DNA from: Candidatus Parcubacteria bacterium
Lineage (GTDB): Bacteria; Patescibacteriota; Minisyncoccia; Phycocordibacterales; UBA918
Direction: 5' to 3'
NCBI GenBank assembly: GCA_021731405.1
Contig: JAKFXN010000004.1
Location: 1,563-65,562 of the forward strand
DNA: 64,000 nucleotides
Each line of letters begins with the position of its first letter. The stretch's first letter is position 1. Shown piece after piece: positions 44,172 to 54,000 of this stretch. The position numbers and the translations under genes are program-made. Below the pieces are notes generated by a model, which saw nothing but the letters and a program-made list of their open reading frames with translations, did not search any database and had not been told where the DNA came from.

Positions 44172-45440
44172 ATGAACGAGTACCAATTCATAAAAGACCA
44201 AGATGAAGAACTTTACGCGACATTAGTCGGCGAAGAGGAGCGGGAGCGTAAAGGAGTGGAGCTTATCCCAAGTGAGAACTACGTCTCTAAGGCTGTGCGT
44301 GAAGCCAATGGTTCTGTGTTTACCAACAAGTACTCAGAAGGCTACCCAGGCAAACGCTACTACGGCGGACAAAAATATACTGATCTGATGGAGACTATCG
44401 CTATCGAGCGAGCCAAGAAATTATTTAACGCGAAGTATGCGAACGTACAACCACTTGGTGGCGCAGCCGCCAATGTCGCAATGTACTTTGCGCTTATGGA
44501 GCCGGGGGACACGGTCTTAGGAATGGATCTGTCCCATGGAGGACACTTGACCCACGGACATCCTACTACCGCCATCAACAAAGTATTCAACTTTGTGCGC
44601 TACAAGATGAAGGACGTTGATACGGGAGAAATAGACTTTGAAGAACTACGGCGTGTGGCGCTTGAACACAAACCAAAAATTATCTTGGCTGGGTTCTCAG
44701 CGTACAGTCGCGAGCTCGATTACAGCAAGTTTGTGGAGATTGCCAAAGAAGTAGGGGCAATTACGGTGGCTGACGTAGCGCATATCGCGGGACTGATTGC
44801 GGGCGGTGTGGCGAAAAATCCTTTTGACGCTGGTTTTGATGTTATGACTACGACGACTCACAAGACGCTACGTGGTCCACGTGGCGGAATGATTTTGGTT
44901 CGTGAAAGTGAGGAGCTCGCAAAGAAGATAAACAAAGCGGTATTTCCAGGTATGCAGGGAGGTCCGCATATGCATATTATTGCCGCTAAGGCGGTATCTT
45001 TTGGTGAAGCCCTTCATCCAAACTTCAAGGTGTACGCTGCTCAGATTTTAAAAAACGCTAAAGCCATGGAGAAAGTATTTAAGGACGCAAACGTACGGCT
45101 ACTCTGCGGCGGTACCGACAATCACTTACTCCTAGCAGACGTGTACGGCTCACTTGGTATCACTGGACAAGAAGCTGAGACAGTCCTTGATGAAGTGGGA
45201 ATCACACTCAATAAAAATATGATTGCTGACGAGACTCGTACTGCTATGGATCCGTCCGGTATTCGCTTTGGTACGCCAGCTATGACTACGAGGGGAATGA
45301 AAGAAGGGGATGCGGCAACACTCGCTTCAATCATGCTTGAGACTATGGCTGCTAAAGATGATTCAGCCAAAAAACTCGAACTGCAAAAGACCGTACAAGC
45401 ACTCTGTGAAGCCTTCCCAGTCCCCGAAAAGTTTGTGTAG
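44172..45440 (+). CDS. glyA: serine hydroxymethyltransferase
   Basis: TTTTHKTLRGPRGGMIL PLP-Lys block. Full-length SHMT. Confidence 0.95.
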   Translation: MNEYQFIKDQDEELYATLVGEEERERKGVELIPSENYVSKAVREANGSVFTNKYSEGYPGKRYYGGQKYTDLMETIAIERAKKLFNAKYANVQPLGGAAANVAMYFALMEPGDTVLGMDLSHGGHLTHGHPTTAINKVFNFVRYKMKDVDTGEIDFEELRRVALEHKPKIILAGFSAYSRELDYSKFVEIAKEVGAITVADVAHIAGLIAGGVAKNPFDAGFDVMTTTTHKTLRGPRGGMILVRESEELAKKINKAVFPGMQGGPHMHIIAAKAVSFGEALHPNFKVYAAQILKNAKAMEKVFKDANVRLLCGGTDNHLLLADVYGSLGITGQEAETVLDEVGITLNKNMIADETRTAMDPSGIRFGTPAMTTRGMKEGDAATLASIMLETMAAKDDSAKKLELQKTVQALCEAFPVPEKFV

Positions 45441-45452
45441 AGGAGGACTGAT

Positions 45453-45486
45453 AAAAACCTGCCAACCTAGTTGGCAGGTTTTTTAG
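45453..45486. terminator. terminator after glyA
   Basis: AAAAACCTGCCAACctagGTTGGCAGGTTTTTTAG. Confidence 0.7.
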
Positions 45487-45632
45487 TTGTGCTAAAATTA
45501 CTTTGGAGCGGCGGGGTTGACCACCATCCCAATGTTCCAAAATGGTTACCTCTATAGGTTTTGCCCCAGTGTTGAAAAACACTGGGGCGTTTTTATATAA
45601 AAAGAAGCCCAGGCTCGGGGCGCAAGAGAGTA

Positions 45633-45661
45633 TTGCAAAAAGCATAATTATGTGCTATAGT
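45633..45661 (+). promoter_or_regulatory. sigma-70-type promoter TTGCAA-17-TATAGT in a gene-free region
   Basis: Near-consensus -35 and -10 hexamers with a 17-nt spacer. No credible ORF downstream. Confidence 0.4.
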
Positions 45662-45667
45662 AATAAA

Positions 45668-45890
45668 TGGAAGTTGCCAGACTTTCCTCCTCCCCAGCGG
45701 TGCAGAAAAGACCCTGTTGAAGCCTTATGTGTCATCCGACACGTGAGGCTTCTTTTTTGGTTTCTAAAACCACTTTGCAAGGTACCTTGCAAAGTGGTTT
45801 ATTTGTGTTATTGTGTGGCTTGAGCGGAAAGACTTAGACGCCCCTTAAGCCCCATCTGTCACGCGACGGCACTGGGGCTTTTTTTTGCCA
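45668..45890 (+). ncRNA. candidate small RNA (promoter to intrinsic terminator, ~220 nt)
   Basis: Bounded by the promoter above and a hairpin+T8 terminator (GCCCCATCTGTCACGCGACGGCACTGGGGCTTTTTTTT, about 45850..45890). Contains a perfect 34-nt palindrome AAACCACTTTGCAAGGTACCTTGCAAAGTGGTTT (45763..45796). Only 17-codon ORFs are present. Confidence 0.3.
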
Positions 45891-45901
45891 GAATAATTCC
45901 T

Positions 45902-47074
45902 CTAAAGATCTTTTAGGTAGTCACTATAACCAGCTGCTGGCATCTGTGCTTCCGGTACAAAACGGAGGGCTACGCCATTCATGCAGTAACGAAGACCGCC
46001 ACGCTCAGTTGGTCCGTCTGGGAAGACGTGTCCAAGGTGGTTGTCAGCAATTTTTGAGCGCACCTCAGTGCGGGTAGAGAAGAACGTATTATCTTCGTGT
46101 TCAGTCACTGCGTCACCAGTGATAGCAGCTGTGAAAGACGGCCAACCGGTACCAGAATCGAACTTGTCACGAGAAGAGAAGAGTGGTTCGCCAGAAAGAA
46201 TGTCTACATAAATCCCGCGACCATATTCTTTGTCGAGTGGGGAAGTTCCTGCTCGTTCGGTGCCATCTTCTTGAGTTACTTTAAAAGCGAGCGCTTCCAT
46301 TGTTTGTTTCAAGATCGCTTTGTCGGGCTTCTCATAGTTTTTCCAATTAGTTTGTGTCATTGTATTTTGATTAGTTATTTCCCAGTGCAGTGTCGGTCCT
46401 GTATCAGTTCCCCAATTTTTTTCGATAAACTTGTCACGACCAGATGCATTTCGGTAATACTGATATTTTAACGCACTGAGTGTCCCTTTGTAATAATCTT
46501 GATGGTAGTCTTCAGCGGCAAAGAAGAGTGGCCTTTCTATAATGGCTACTGCCAGAGTTTTTTCGTACGGCCCGTTTTCATCTATTGTCTTAATAAGTGC
46601 ATCTAGCACTTCTTTTTGTTCAGCGGTCTCAAAATAGAGGGCGGGACCGTAAGAAACTCCGCGGTCATAAAACGAACCTTCGCCGTCAGTCGGATCCATG
46701 TGTTTAATTGCGTAGATAGCCACTTCACGGAAGGTGACTACATTTTCATCAAAGGTGACCTCAACTACTTCTTTGTGCCCGCTCTGACTATACGTTTCAT
46801 AGGTGGGGTTTTGCGTTGTTCCGCCGGCGTAACCAGAAACTGCTTTTATAACACCGGGCAACTTTTCAATATCTGATTCAACGCACCAGAAACAACCTCC
46901 TGCTACGAGCATGGTGCGTTCTTTAGGCGCTACAGTTGTTGCTACTGGCGTTTCTGTTGTTTGAGTAGACATAGGTGTGGGTGTATCCGTGATATCTTTG
47001 TTATGATTAGTGATAAGTAAAAAAGCGCCGATACTGATAAGGCTGAGCATTGCTATTGCGATAAATAACTTCAT
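45902..47074 (-). CDS. msrAB: secreted bifunctional peptide-methionine sulfoxide reductase MsrA-MsrB fusion
   Basis: GGCFWCVESD is the MsrA active site. GTGWPSF..HLGHVFPDGP..RYCMNGVAL are MsrB/SelR motifs. N-terminal TM/signal. Confidence 0.85.
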   Translation of the reverse strand: MKLFIAIAMLSLISIGAFLLITNHNKDITDTPTPMSTQTTETPVATTVAPKERTMLVAGGCFWCVESDIEKLPGVIKAVSGYAGGTTQNPTYETYSQSGHKEVVEVTFDENVVTFREVAIYAIKHMDPTDGEGSFYDRGVSYGPALYFETAEQKEVLDALIKTIDENGPYEKTLAVAIIERPLFFAAEDYHQDYYKGTLSALKYQYYRNASGRDKFIEKNWGTDTGPTLHWEITNQNTMTQTNWKNYEKPDKAILKQTMEALAFKVTQEDGTERAGTSPLDKEYGRGIYVDILSGEPLFSSRDKFDSGTGWPSFTAAITGDAVTEHEDNTFFSTRTEVRSKIADNHLGHVFPDGPTERGGLRYCMNGVALRFVPEAQMPAAGYSDYLKDL

Positions 47075-47088
47075 ACCCCTAGTATAAA

Positions 47089-48222
47089 GTGTCGCGTTTA
47101 CAATGTAAAGTAAACTTTACATACAGAACTATGTTTCTTTCCCAATTTTCACAACATCCAATTGTTTACTTTACCAAAAAGCACTGGCTCACCATCGCTT
47201 TTTTGTTGGGTTTTATAACTGACTTTATTCTCTTGAATCGGGTTGATGATACGCTCGATAACATCGTCCTTTTAGCCTATGTCCTTCTGGCGACGCTCTC
47301 AATTATTGGTTTTTATTTGGGTATCGCCGAAAAAGTACCGCAGCGGATGGTGGGTCTTTTAAACACTGCTGCGCCAATACTGATGCAGTACTCTTTTGGA
47401 GGACTGCTCTCAGGAATGCTTATTTTTTATGGACGCAGTGGTGACTTGCTTGTGAGTGCACCATTTCTGGTCCTTATCTTGGTAGTTATGATTGCCAATG
47501 AGCTCGTGAAGAAGCGTTCTGATCGGTTGCTCTATAACTTAGCCGTGTACTACACCGGGGTGTTTTCATATTTGGTTCTCATTGTGCCTGTCCTTGTAGG
47601 GGAGATGGGGACTATCATTTTTATCGGGAGCGGACTGTTGTCTCTGCTTGTCGTTGTGTTCTTGATTAAAATTCTTTCATACATTATTCCGCAGTATCTT
47701 GTTCTAGAAAAAAGAAACCTCGTATTTTCTATAGGTAGCCTGTATGTACTTATTAATTGTTTCTACTTCTTCAACATCATTCCCCCGATACCACTTTCCC
47801 TGACTGAGCTGAGTATTTATCAGCAAGTAGAGAGAACTGCCCCAGGTGGGTATCGCATTATCAAAGAGGACTTGCCGTGGTTTAAAGATATTCTGCCGAC
47901 TCGAGACGTCTTTCATCCCATTGCGGGTGAGGGAGCATATTGCTTTGCCCGGGTGTATGCACCAACAAAGCTCTCAACTGACATTGTGCATCGCTGGGAG
48001 TACCTTGATGCAAATGACGTTTGGCAAACACACTATGTTCAGTCATATCGAATTACGGGCGAAAATAAAAATGGCTACCGCGGCTTTACCATGGTGGGTA
48101 GTATCAGAAATGGCACGTGGCGCTGTGGGGTGGAGACAGAGCGTGGACAAGTCTTGGGACGAAAGACGTTTACGGTCGATACGGGAAGTCAGCCTACGCG
48201 TCTCGTGACAGTCGTGGAATAA
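47089..48222 (+). CDS. hypothetical polytopic membrane protein with a C-terminal soluble domain
   Basis: About 7 TM helices then a ~150-aa extracytoplasmic-looking domain. The start may be the Met at 47131. Confidence 0.5.
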   Translation: MSRLQCKVNFTYRTMFLSQFSQHPIVYFTKKHWLTIAFLLGFITDFILLNRVDDTLDNIVLLAYVLLATLSIIGFYLGIAEKVPQRMVGLLNTAAPILMQYSFGGLLSGMLIFYGRSGDLLVSAPFLVLILVVMIANELVKKRSDRLLYNLAVYYTGVFSYLVLIVPVLVGEMGTIIFIGSGLLSLLVVVFLIKILSYIIPQYLVLEKRNLVFSIGSLYVLINCFYFFNIIPPIPLSLTELSIYQQVERTAPGGYRIIKEDLPWFKDILPTRDVFHPIAGEGAYCFARVYAPTKLSTDIVHRWEYLDANDVWQTHYVQSYRITGENKNGYRGFTMVGSIRNGTWRCGVETERGQVLGRKTFTVDTGSQPTRLVTVVE

Positions 48223-49929
48223 TTGGGTATTGTAAGGATATCTATGGAAGGAGTTATTACAACAGCTATCGCTGAAACACTGAAAGAGCTCGGTCTTCCC
48301 GAAGCTGATTTTGCAGTGGAGCACCCAAGCGAAACCTCACATGGGGACTATGCCTGTAACGTGGCGATGGTGTTATCTAAAACTGTAGGAAAGGCGCCGC
48401 GTGAGCTCGCTATCGAGATAAGCAAAGTACTTGAAGGCAAGATTGAATATGTCGAAAAAATCCAAATTGCCGGTCCAGGCTTTCTCAACTTCTACCTCAC
48501 GCGCGATTTTTTCTCAGCGGAAATTGAACGAGCAAATACGCTTGGAGCTGAGTGGGGTAAAAACACCCTCTGGTCTGGTAAGAAAGTGTTAGTTGAATAC
48601 ACTGACGCTAACCCGTTTAAAGAATTTCATATTGGGCATCTCTTCACTAATGCAGTGGGCGAAAGTATCGCCAGACTCTTTATGATGAATGGGGCTGATA
48701 CTAAGCGTATCAACTACCAAGGTGATATAGGGCTCCATGTCGCTCATGCAGTGTGGGGGATGCAAAAGCTCGGCATTGATGTCGAAAGTGATTTTTCTGC
48801 GCGCGAACTCGGCAAAGCATATGCACTTGGGGCTACTACGTACAAAGTAGATGAAGCTGCCGCTGCAGAAATACGAGCTATCAATAAAAAAATCTACGAC
48901 CGCAGTGATGAGTCAATAAATACACTCTACGACAAAGGTCGTGAAGTTTCTCTTGCGTATTTTGAGACGGTCTACAAAGTTATCGGAACTGACTTTGACG
49001 TCTCTTTCTTTGAGAGTGAAAGTGGGATAAAGGGAAAAGAGCTGGTGCTTTCAAATCCAGCTGTCTTTCCTGAAAGTGAAGGTGCGCGAATTTTTAAGGG
49101 TGAAGAGTATGGTCTCCATACTCGCGTATTCTTAAATAAAGAGGGTCTGCCTACTTATGAGGCAAAAGAATTGGCCTTGGCGAAGATGAAAGAGGATACA
49201 CTTGGTGTGTATGACTTGTCAGTAATCAGTACCGCAAACGAAGTGAGTGAATATTTTAAAGTGCTTAAAAAAGCTATGAGCTTTGTGTATCCAGAGCTTG
49301 AAGCTAAAACTGAGCATATTGGTCATGGTATGGTTCGCCTCACTACCGGTAAGATGTCTTCACGAACTGGGGATGTTATTCCAGCTATCGATTTTATTGA
49401 TGAAGTAGCAGTAGCAGCAACTCAAAAAATGGCTACAGAGGGAGATAGTGAGCCTGACGAGGTGCTGGCGCGCGATGTGGCAATAGCAGCTATTAAATAC
49501 GCCACACTCCGCGGGTCTATTTTACAGAACTCGATTTTTGATAAAGACAAAGCCTTGTCGTTTGAAGGGGATTCTGGTCCGTATCTGCAGTACACTCATG
49601 CGCGTATCTGTAGTGTACTCACCAAAGCAGCGGAAGCGGGTCTTAAGAGTAGCGTAGCGCTCGTACCAGAAGGTGTGTATGAAGTTGAGCGACTGGTCTA
49701 TCAATTTCCTGAAGTGATTGAAAAAGCGCTTAGTGAGCGTGCTCCGCATAAAGTGACTGGGTATCTAACTGAGCTTGCGTCAGCCTTCAATACGTTTTAC
49801 GCTCACGAGAAAATTGCTGACCGTGAAGATACCTATGCACCATACAAGATAGCGCTCGCAGAAGCGGTTCGCACCACCCTTAAAAATGGTCTATGGGTAC
49901 TTGCTATCAAAGCTCCTAATAAGATGTAA
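48223..49929 (+). CDS. argS: arginine--tRNA ligase
   Basis: HIGH (FHIGHLFTNAVG) and the ArgRS anticodon-binding C-terminal region. Confidence 0.95.
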   Translation: MGIVRISMEGVITTAIAETLKELGLPEADFAVEHPSETSHGDYACNVAMVLSKTVGKAPRELAIEISKVLEGKIEYVEKIQIAGPGFLNFYLTRDFFSAEIERANTLGAEWGKNTLWSGKKVLVEYTDANPFKEFHIGHLFTNAVGESIARLFMMNGADTKRINYQGDIGLHVAHAVWGMQKLGIDVESDFSARELGKAYALGATTYKVDEAAAAEIRAINKKIYDRSDESINTLYDKGREVSLAYFETVYKVIGTDFDVSFFESESGIKGKELVLSNPAVFPESEGARIFKGEEYGLHTRVFLNKEGLPTYEAKELALAKMKEDTLGVYDLSVISTANEVSEYFKVLKKAMSFVYPELEAKTEHIGHGMVRLTTGKMSSRTGDVIPAIDFIDEVAVAATQKMATEGDSEPDEVLARDVAIAAIKYATLRGSILQNSIFDKDKALSFEGDSGPYLQYTHARICSVLTKAAEAGLKSSVALVPEGVYEVERLVYQFPEVIEKALSERAPHKVTGYLTELASAFNTFYAHEKIADREDTYAPYKIALAEAVRTTLKNGLWVLAIKAPNKM

Positions 49930-50025
49930 CTTTGTTACTTGCCAAAGTTGTAGGTCTGTTGTAATATCTCGCTTCGTACTTCCGATGGTCGGAAGTACGA
50001 AAGTCCTTTTTTTGGAGAAAAGAAG

Positions 50026-50364
50026 ATGAAGAAACGTCCAGTAGTGTTGTTCTTTCCCGATTCCTCCGCTGCCAATCCGAATCCGCATCCCATCATGCTG
50101 CGGTGCACTACGGCCTGTCCTGATGACTTCATCCAGAAGTGCTCGGACCAGCTGAATCAGCTCGAGTTCACACATCCCCAAGGACGGGGCAAGGTGCTCG
50201 TCGGTCGTGAACACGAACCGCACATCGTGAAGCAAGACAGCCAGCACCCGAGCGCCATTGTCTGGGGAGGTGTCCAGAGGTCGGGTAAATTTCCCATCTT
50301 CGTCCGCCCGCACATCTCCAAGCTCTTCTCGTCGTCTGCGGCCACGGCTACCGCCACGATGTAA
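50026..50364 (+). CDS. small hypothetical protein in a GC-rich island
   Basis: GGAGAAAAGAAGATG RBS, followed by the terminator CCATCCGttcGCGGATGGTTTTTTT (50386..50411). GC is about 57%. 112 aa with a C-terminal SSSAATATATM tail. Confidence 0.4.
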   Translation: MKKRPVVLFFPDSSAANPNPHPIMLRCTTACPDDFIQKCSDQLNQLEFTHPQGRGKVLVGREHEPHIVKQDSQHPSAIVWGGVQRSGKFPIFVRPHISKLFSSSAATATATM

Positions 50365-50487
50365 GTCGTCACAGCCTAGACCAAGCCATCCGTTCGCGGA
50401 TGGTTTTTTTCTTGCAAAAGAAATTTTTGTTGCTAGTATGCTGCGTGGAGCTTTCAATGGTTGAAGGTACGTACAAGGAGAAAACAC

Positions 50488-50769
50488 ATGGAAAAAATTT
50501 GTCGCCCACCGTTTCGAAAAGGACACATCGTGACTGTGGCGCAAGGTTTGTTTGATGGCCTTGCGCCAGGACAGGCTTTGGCTCGCAAGATGCTTTTTTT
50601 GGGGGTTGACCAAACCTCTTGGGTTGAGGTTACCGACTTTGTGCGGAAAATTGGCCCTGACGTCTCGGTCGAGTTCCTGCAGCTGGACCCCAAAGACCTG
50701 CATACGGCGTATCTTGAGATGGTGTTTGTCACCGGAGAAGCTGCGATTCAGAGCCACTACCCCAACTGA
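50488..50769 (+). CDS. small hypothetical protein in a GC-rich island
   Basis: AAGGAGAAAACACATG RBS, preceded by a TTGTTG..TAGTATGCT promoter-like sequence, followed by the terminator AAAAAGCCGCCCCATAAAGGCGGCTTTTC (50786..50816). Confidence 0.4.
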   Translation: MEKICRPPFRKGHIVTVAQGLFDGLAPGQALARKMLFLGVDQTSWVEVTDFVRKIGPDVSVEFLQLDPKDLHTAYLEMVFVTGEAAIQSHYPN

Positions 50770-51019
50770 GTAGCCTCGGTTGCCAAAAAGCCGCCCCATA
50801 AAGGCGGCTTTTCTTTTGGGTAGCGTTTGTTATGATGCCTAAGTACATCTGATACATGTGCTCTGAGTCTTTGAAAAAATTGTAGCTACGAGGCGTGGAG
50901 AAGTAAGTGTGAGAGGCGTACTTTTGGTACGTTGAACACATGGGCGACGAACACAACAATGTAGGTACAATTTTTACGAAGACTCTACTTATTATGTCTG
51001 ATACACATAGCTATAATTT

Positions 51020-54000
51020 ATGTCTAAAAAAATTAATCGTGAGAACGATACAGTAGAGGTAATGCCCGATGTCCAAAAATCAGAAGTAGCCCTTCGTGAA
51101 GAAGCGATTCAACAGTTTTGGCTCGAGCATGATATTTTTAATAAAAGTTTAGTGACTCCTGGTGGAGGCACCTGCAAGGGAGACTTTGTATTTTATGACG
51201 GACCACCGTTTGCGACGGGAACGCCACACTACGGCCATATTTTGGCTGGCACTATCAAAGATGCTATTCCACGCTTTTGGACAATGAACGGCTACCGTGT
51301 CCGTCGGAAGTGGGGCTGGGATTGCCATGGGCTTCCACTGGAAAATTTGATTGAAAAGAAACTCGGTCTTGCCAACAAGCGCGACATCGAGGATTTTGGT
51401 GTAAAGAATTTTAACGAAGCAGCGCGCGCTGCGGTGATGGAGTATGCGGACGATTGGAAAAAAGTTGTACCACGCATGGGGCGCTGGGCAGATATGGAAG
51501 ACGACTACAAGACGATGGACACTAGCTATACCGAAAGTGTGTGGTGGGTATTTAAGACACTCTACGAGAAAGGTCTCGTGTATGAAGGTTTTAAGAGTAT
51601 GCATCTGTGTCCACGTTGTGGGACAACGCTCTCAAACTTTGAAGTGAATCAAGGATACAAAGATATCAAAGATATTGCCGTGACGGTAAAGCTCCCGCTG
51701 CTCGATGAAACAGGGAATGTGACCAATACCTCACTCTTGGTTTGGACTACGACCCCGTGGACGCTGCCGGGCAATATGGCTGCAGCGGTGCATCAAGATT
51801 TTACGTACGTGAAAGTGAAGCTGTCTACAGAAACAGGAGAAGAGTTTGTCATTTTGGCAAAGGGTCGACTAGCTCAACTTGGAGACGTTTCTCATGAGGT
51901 AGTGGGAGAAATAACAGGTTCCGAACTTGTGGGTCGTTCATACGAGCCACCATTTGCGTACTTCAAAGACAGAGATATTAAAGGAAAAGAAAATGCTTGG
52001 AAGATTTATCATGCTGACTACGTCGAGTTAGGAGAGGATGGCACTGGCGCAGTGCACCTTGCTCCGGCCTACGGAGAAGAAGACTTGCAGCTCGCGCAGC
52101 GGGAAGGAGTGCCGGTAGTGCATCATGTGAGTTATGAAGGTCGTTTCATGGACTTCATTACCGACTTTGCGGGACAGCTTGTGAAGCCGAAAGATGATGA
52201 CGCCGCTGGCGTTGATCATAAAGACGCTGATATTGAGATTCTGAAAGCCCTTCAGGCAACTGGGAAAATTTTCAAAAAAGAAAACATCACACACAGCTAC
52301 CCGCACTGTTGGCGTGACGAAACACCACTTCTCAACTATGCGACGACGTCGTGGTTTGTGAAGGTGACTGATATAAAAGATGATTTGGTGGCTGCTAATA
52401 ATTTGGTTCATTGGGTACCAGACCACGTGGGTGCAAACCGTTTTGGAAAGTGGCTTGAAGGAGCACGGGATTGGGCTATTTCGAGGCAGCGTTACTGGGG
52501 GGCTCCGCTCCCAATCTGGCGGAATCCAGAGACGGGTGATATCAAAGTGCTGGGTTCACTTAAAGAACTCAAAGACCTCTTGCCAAAACGTGGCAATGAG
52601 TATTTTGTGATGCGCCATGCAGAAGCACAGAGCAACCTCACTGGGGTGATTGATGCAATTGCTGATGAAAATAATCCGCTTACCCCAGCTGGCGAGGCAC
52701 AGTGTCTAGAAGTGGCAGAGACACTGCGTGACAAAAACATTACTAAGATTGTGCATTCAGGTATGCAACGTACGCGCGATACCGCCGAGCGGATTGCAGC
52801 AGCTTTAGGTTTATCCAAGGAGGCGATTGTGATAGACAGTAGACTTATTGAGCTTCAAACTGGTAAAGACTACGAAGGTAAAACCTGGGATGAATACAAC
52901 TCCAACTACGCAAGTGAAGAAGAGAAGTTTAGTAAGGTTATTCCTGGTGTAGAAAATCGGTACGATCTTATTAAGCGAGTCGGAGCATTTTTGTACGAAT
53001 TTGATGCAAAGATTGAAAATGAGCGGGTGCTCATAGTTAGTCATGCAAGCTCTACGTTTGCGCTCCAGTGTGTAGCAGAAGGAGCTGAGCATGAACGGGT
53101 GATTGAGCTCAAGAAAGCAGGCTACCTAAAAAATGCTGAGGTACGACCACTCCCATTTACTGCAGTTCCGCACAATGACAACTACGCGCTTGATTACCAC
53201 CGTCCCTATATTGATGATATTGAACTCTATGAAAATGGGGTAAAGCTGGTGCGGGTACCGGACGTTTTTGATTGTTGGTTTGAAAGTGGCTCAATGCCGT
53301 ATGGCCAGCATCATTACCCGTTTGAGGGTAAAGAAAATTTTGAGGGCCCTCATTTTCCAGCCCAGTTTATTGCGGAAGGTCTTGACCAAACGCGCGGTTG
53401 GTTCTACTCACTCATTGTGCTTGGTGTGGCGCTCTTTGGAAAATCACCGTACGAAAACGTGATTGTAAATGGTCTGGTGCTCGCAGAAGATGGAAAGAAG
53501 ATGAGTAAGTCACTGCGCAATTACCCAGATCCAATGGAAGTAGCAGATCGGGTGGGAGTAGACGCGATACGGTACTATCTTCTTTCTGCGCCAATTATGC
53601 GTGGGGAAGACCTCAACTTTTCAGAAAAGGAAGTACTGGAACTCCAGCGTAAAAATATTGGTCGACTTCACAATGTGCTTTTAATGTATGAAATGTTTGC
53701 TGATGGCACCAAAGCAAATGCCGCTTCAGGTAATGTGCTTGATAGATGGATTGTTGCTCGGCTAAATCAGCTGGTAGCAGAATCAACTACAGGCTACAAA
53801 AATTACGAACTTGATAAAGCCACTCGTCCCGTAACTGACTTCATTGAAGACTTATCTGTTTGGTATCTTCGCCGTTCACGCGAACGCCTCAAGGGTGATG
53901 ATGCAGCTGACAAGGCGCTTGCTCTAGGGACACTCCGTCATGTACTTCATACCTTAGCGCAGACAATCGCTCCAGCGATGCCATTTTATGCGGAGTACTT

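Noticed and set aside
45542-45823. 93-aa ORF in the glyA-msrAB gap
   Set aside because: It has implausible composition (Cys/Lys/Pro-rich with no hydrophobic core) and starts upstream of a consensus promoter that lies within it. The region is interpreted as a non-coding RNA candidate instead.
49891-50799. 302-aa minus-strand ORF covering the whole GC-rich island after argS
   Set aside because: It is Arg/Gly-rich, as expected for an antisense reading of GC-rich DNA. It runs through two intrinsic terminators and into the argS 3' end. The two plus-strand genes each have their own RBS, a promoter-like sequence upstream and a terminator.
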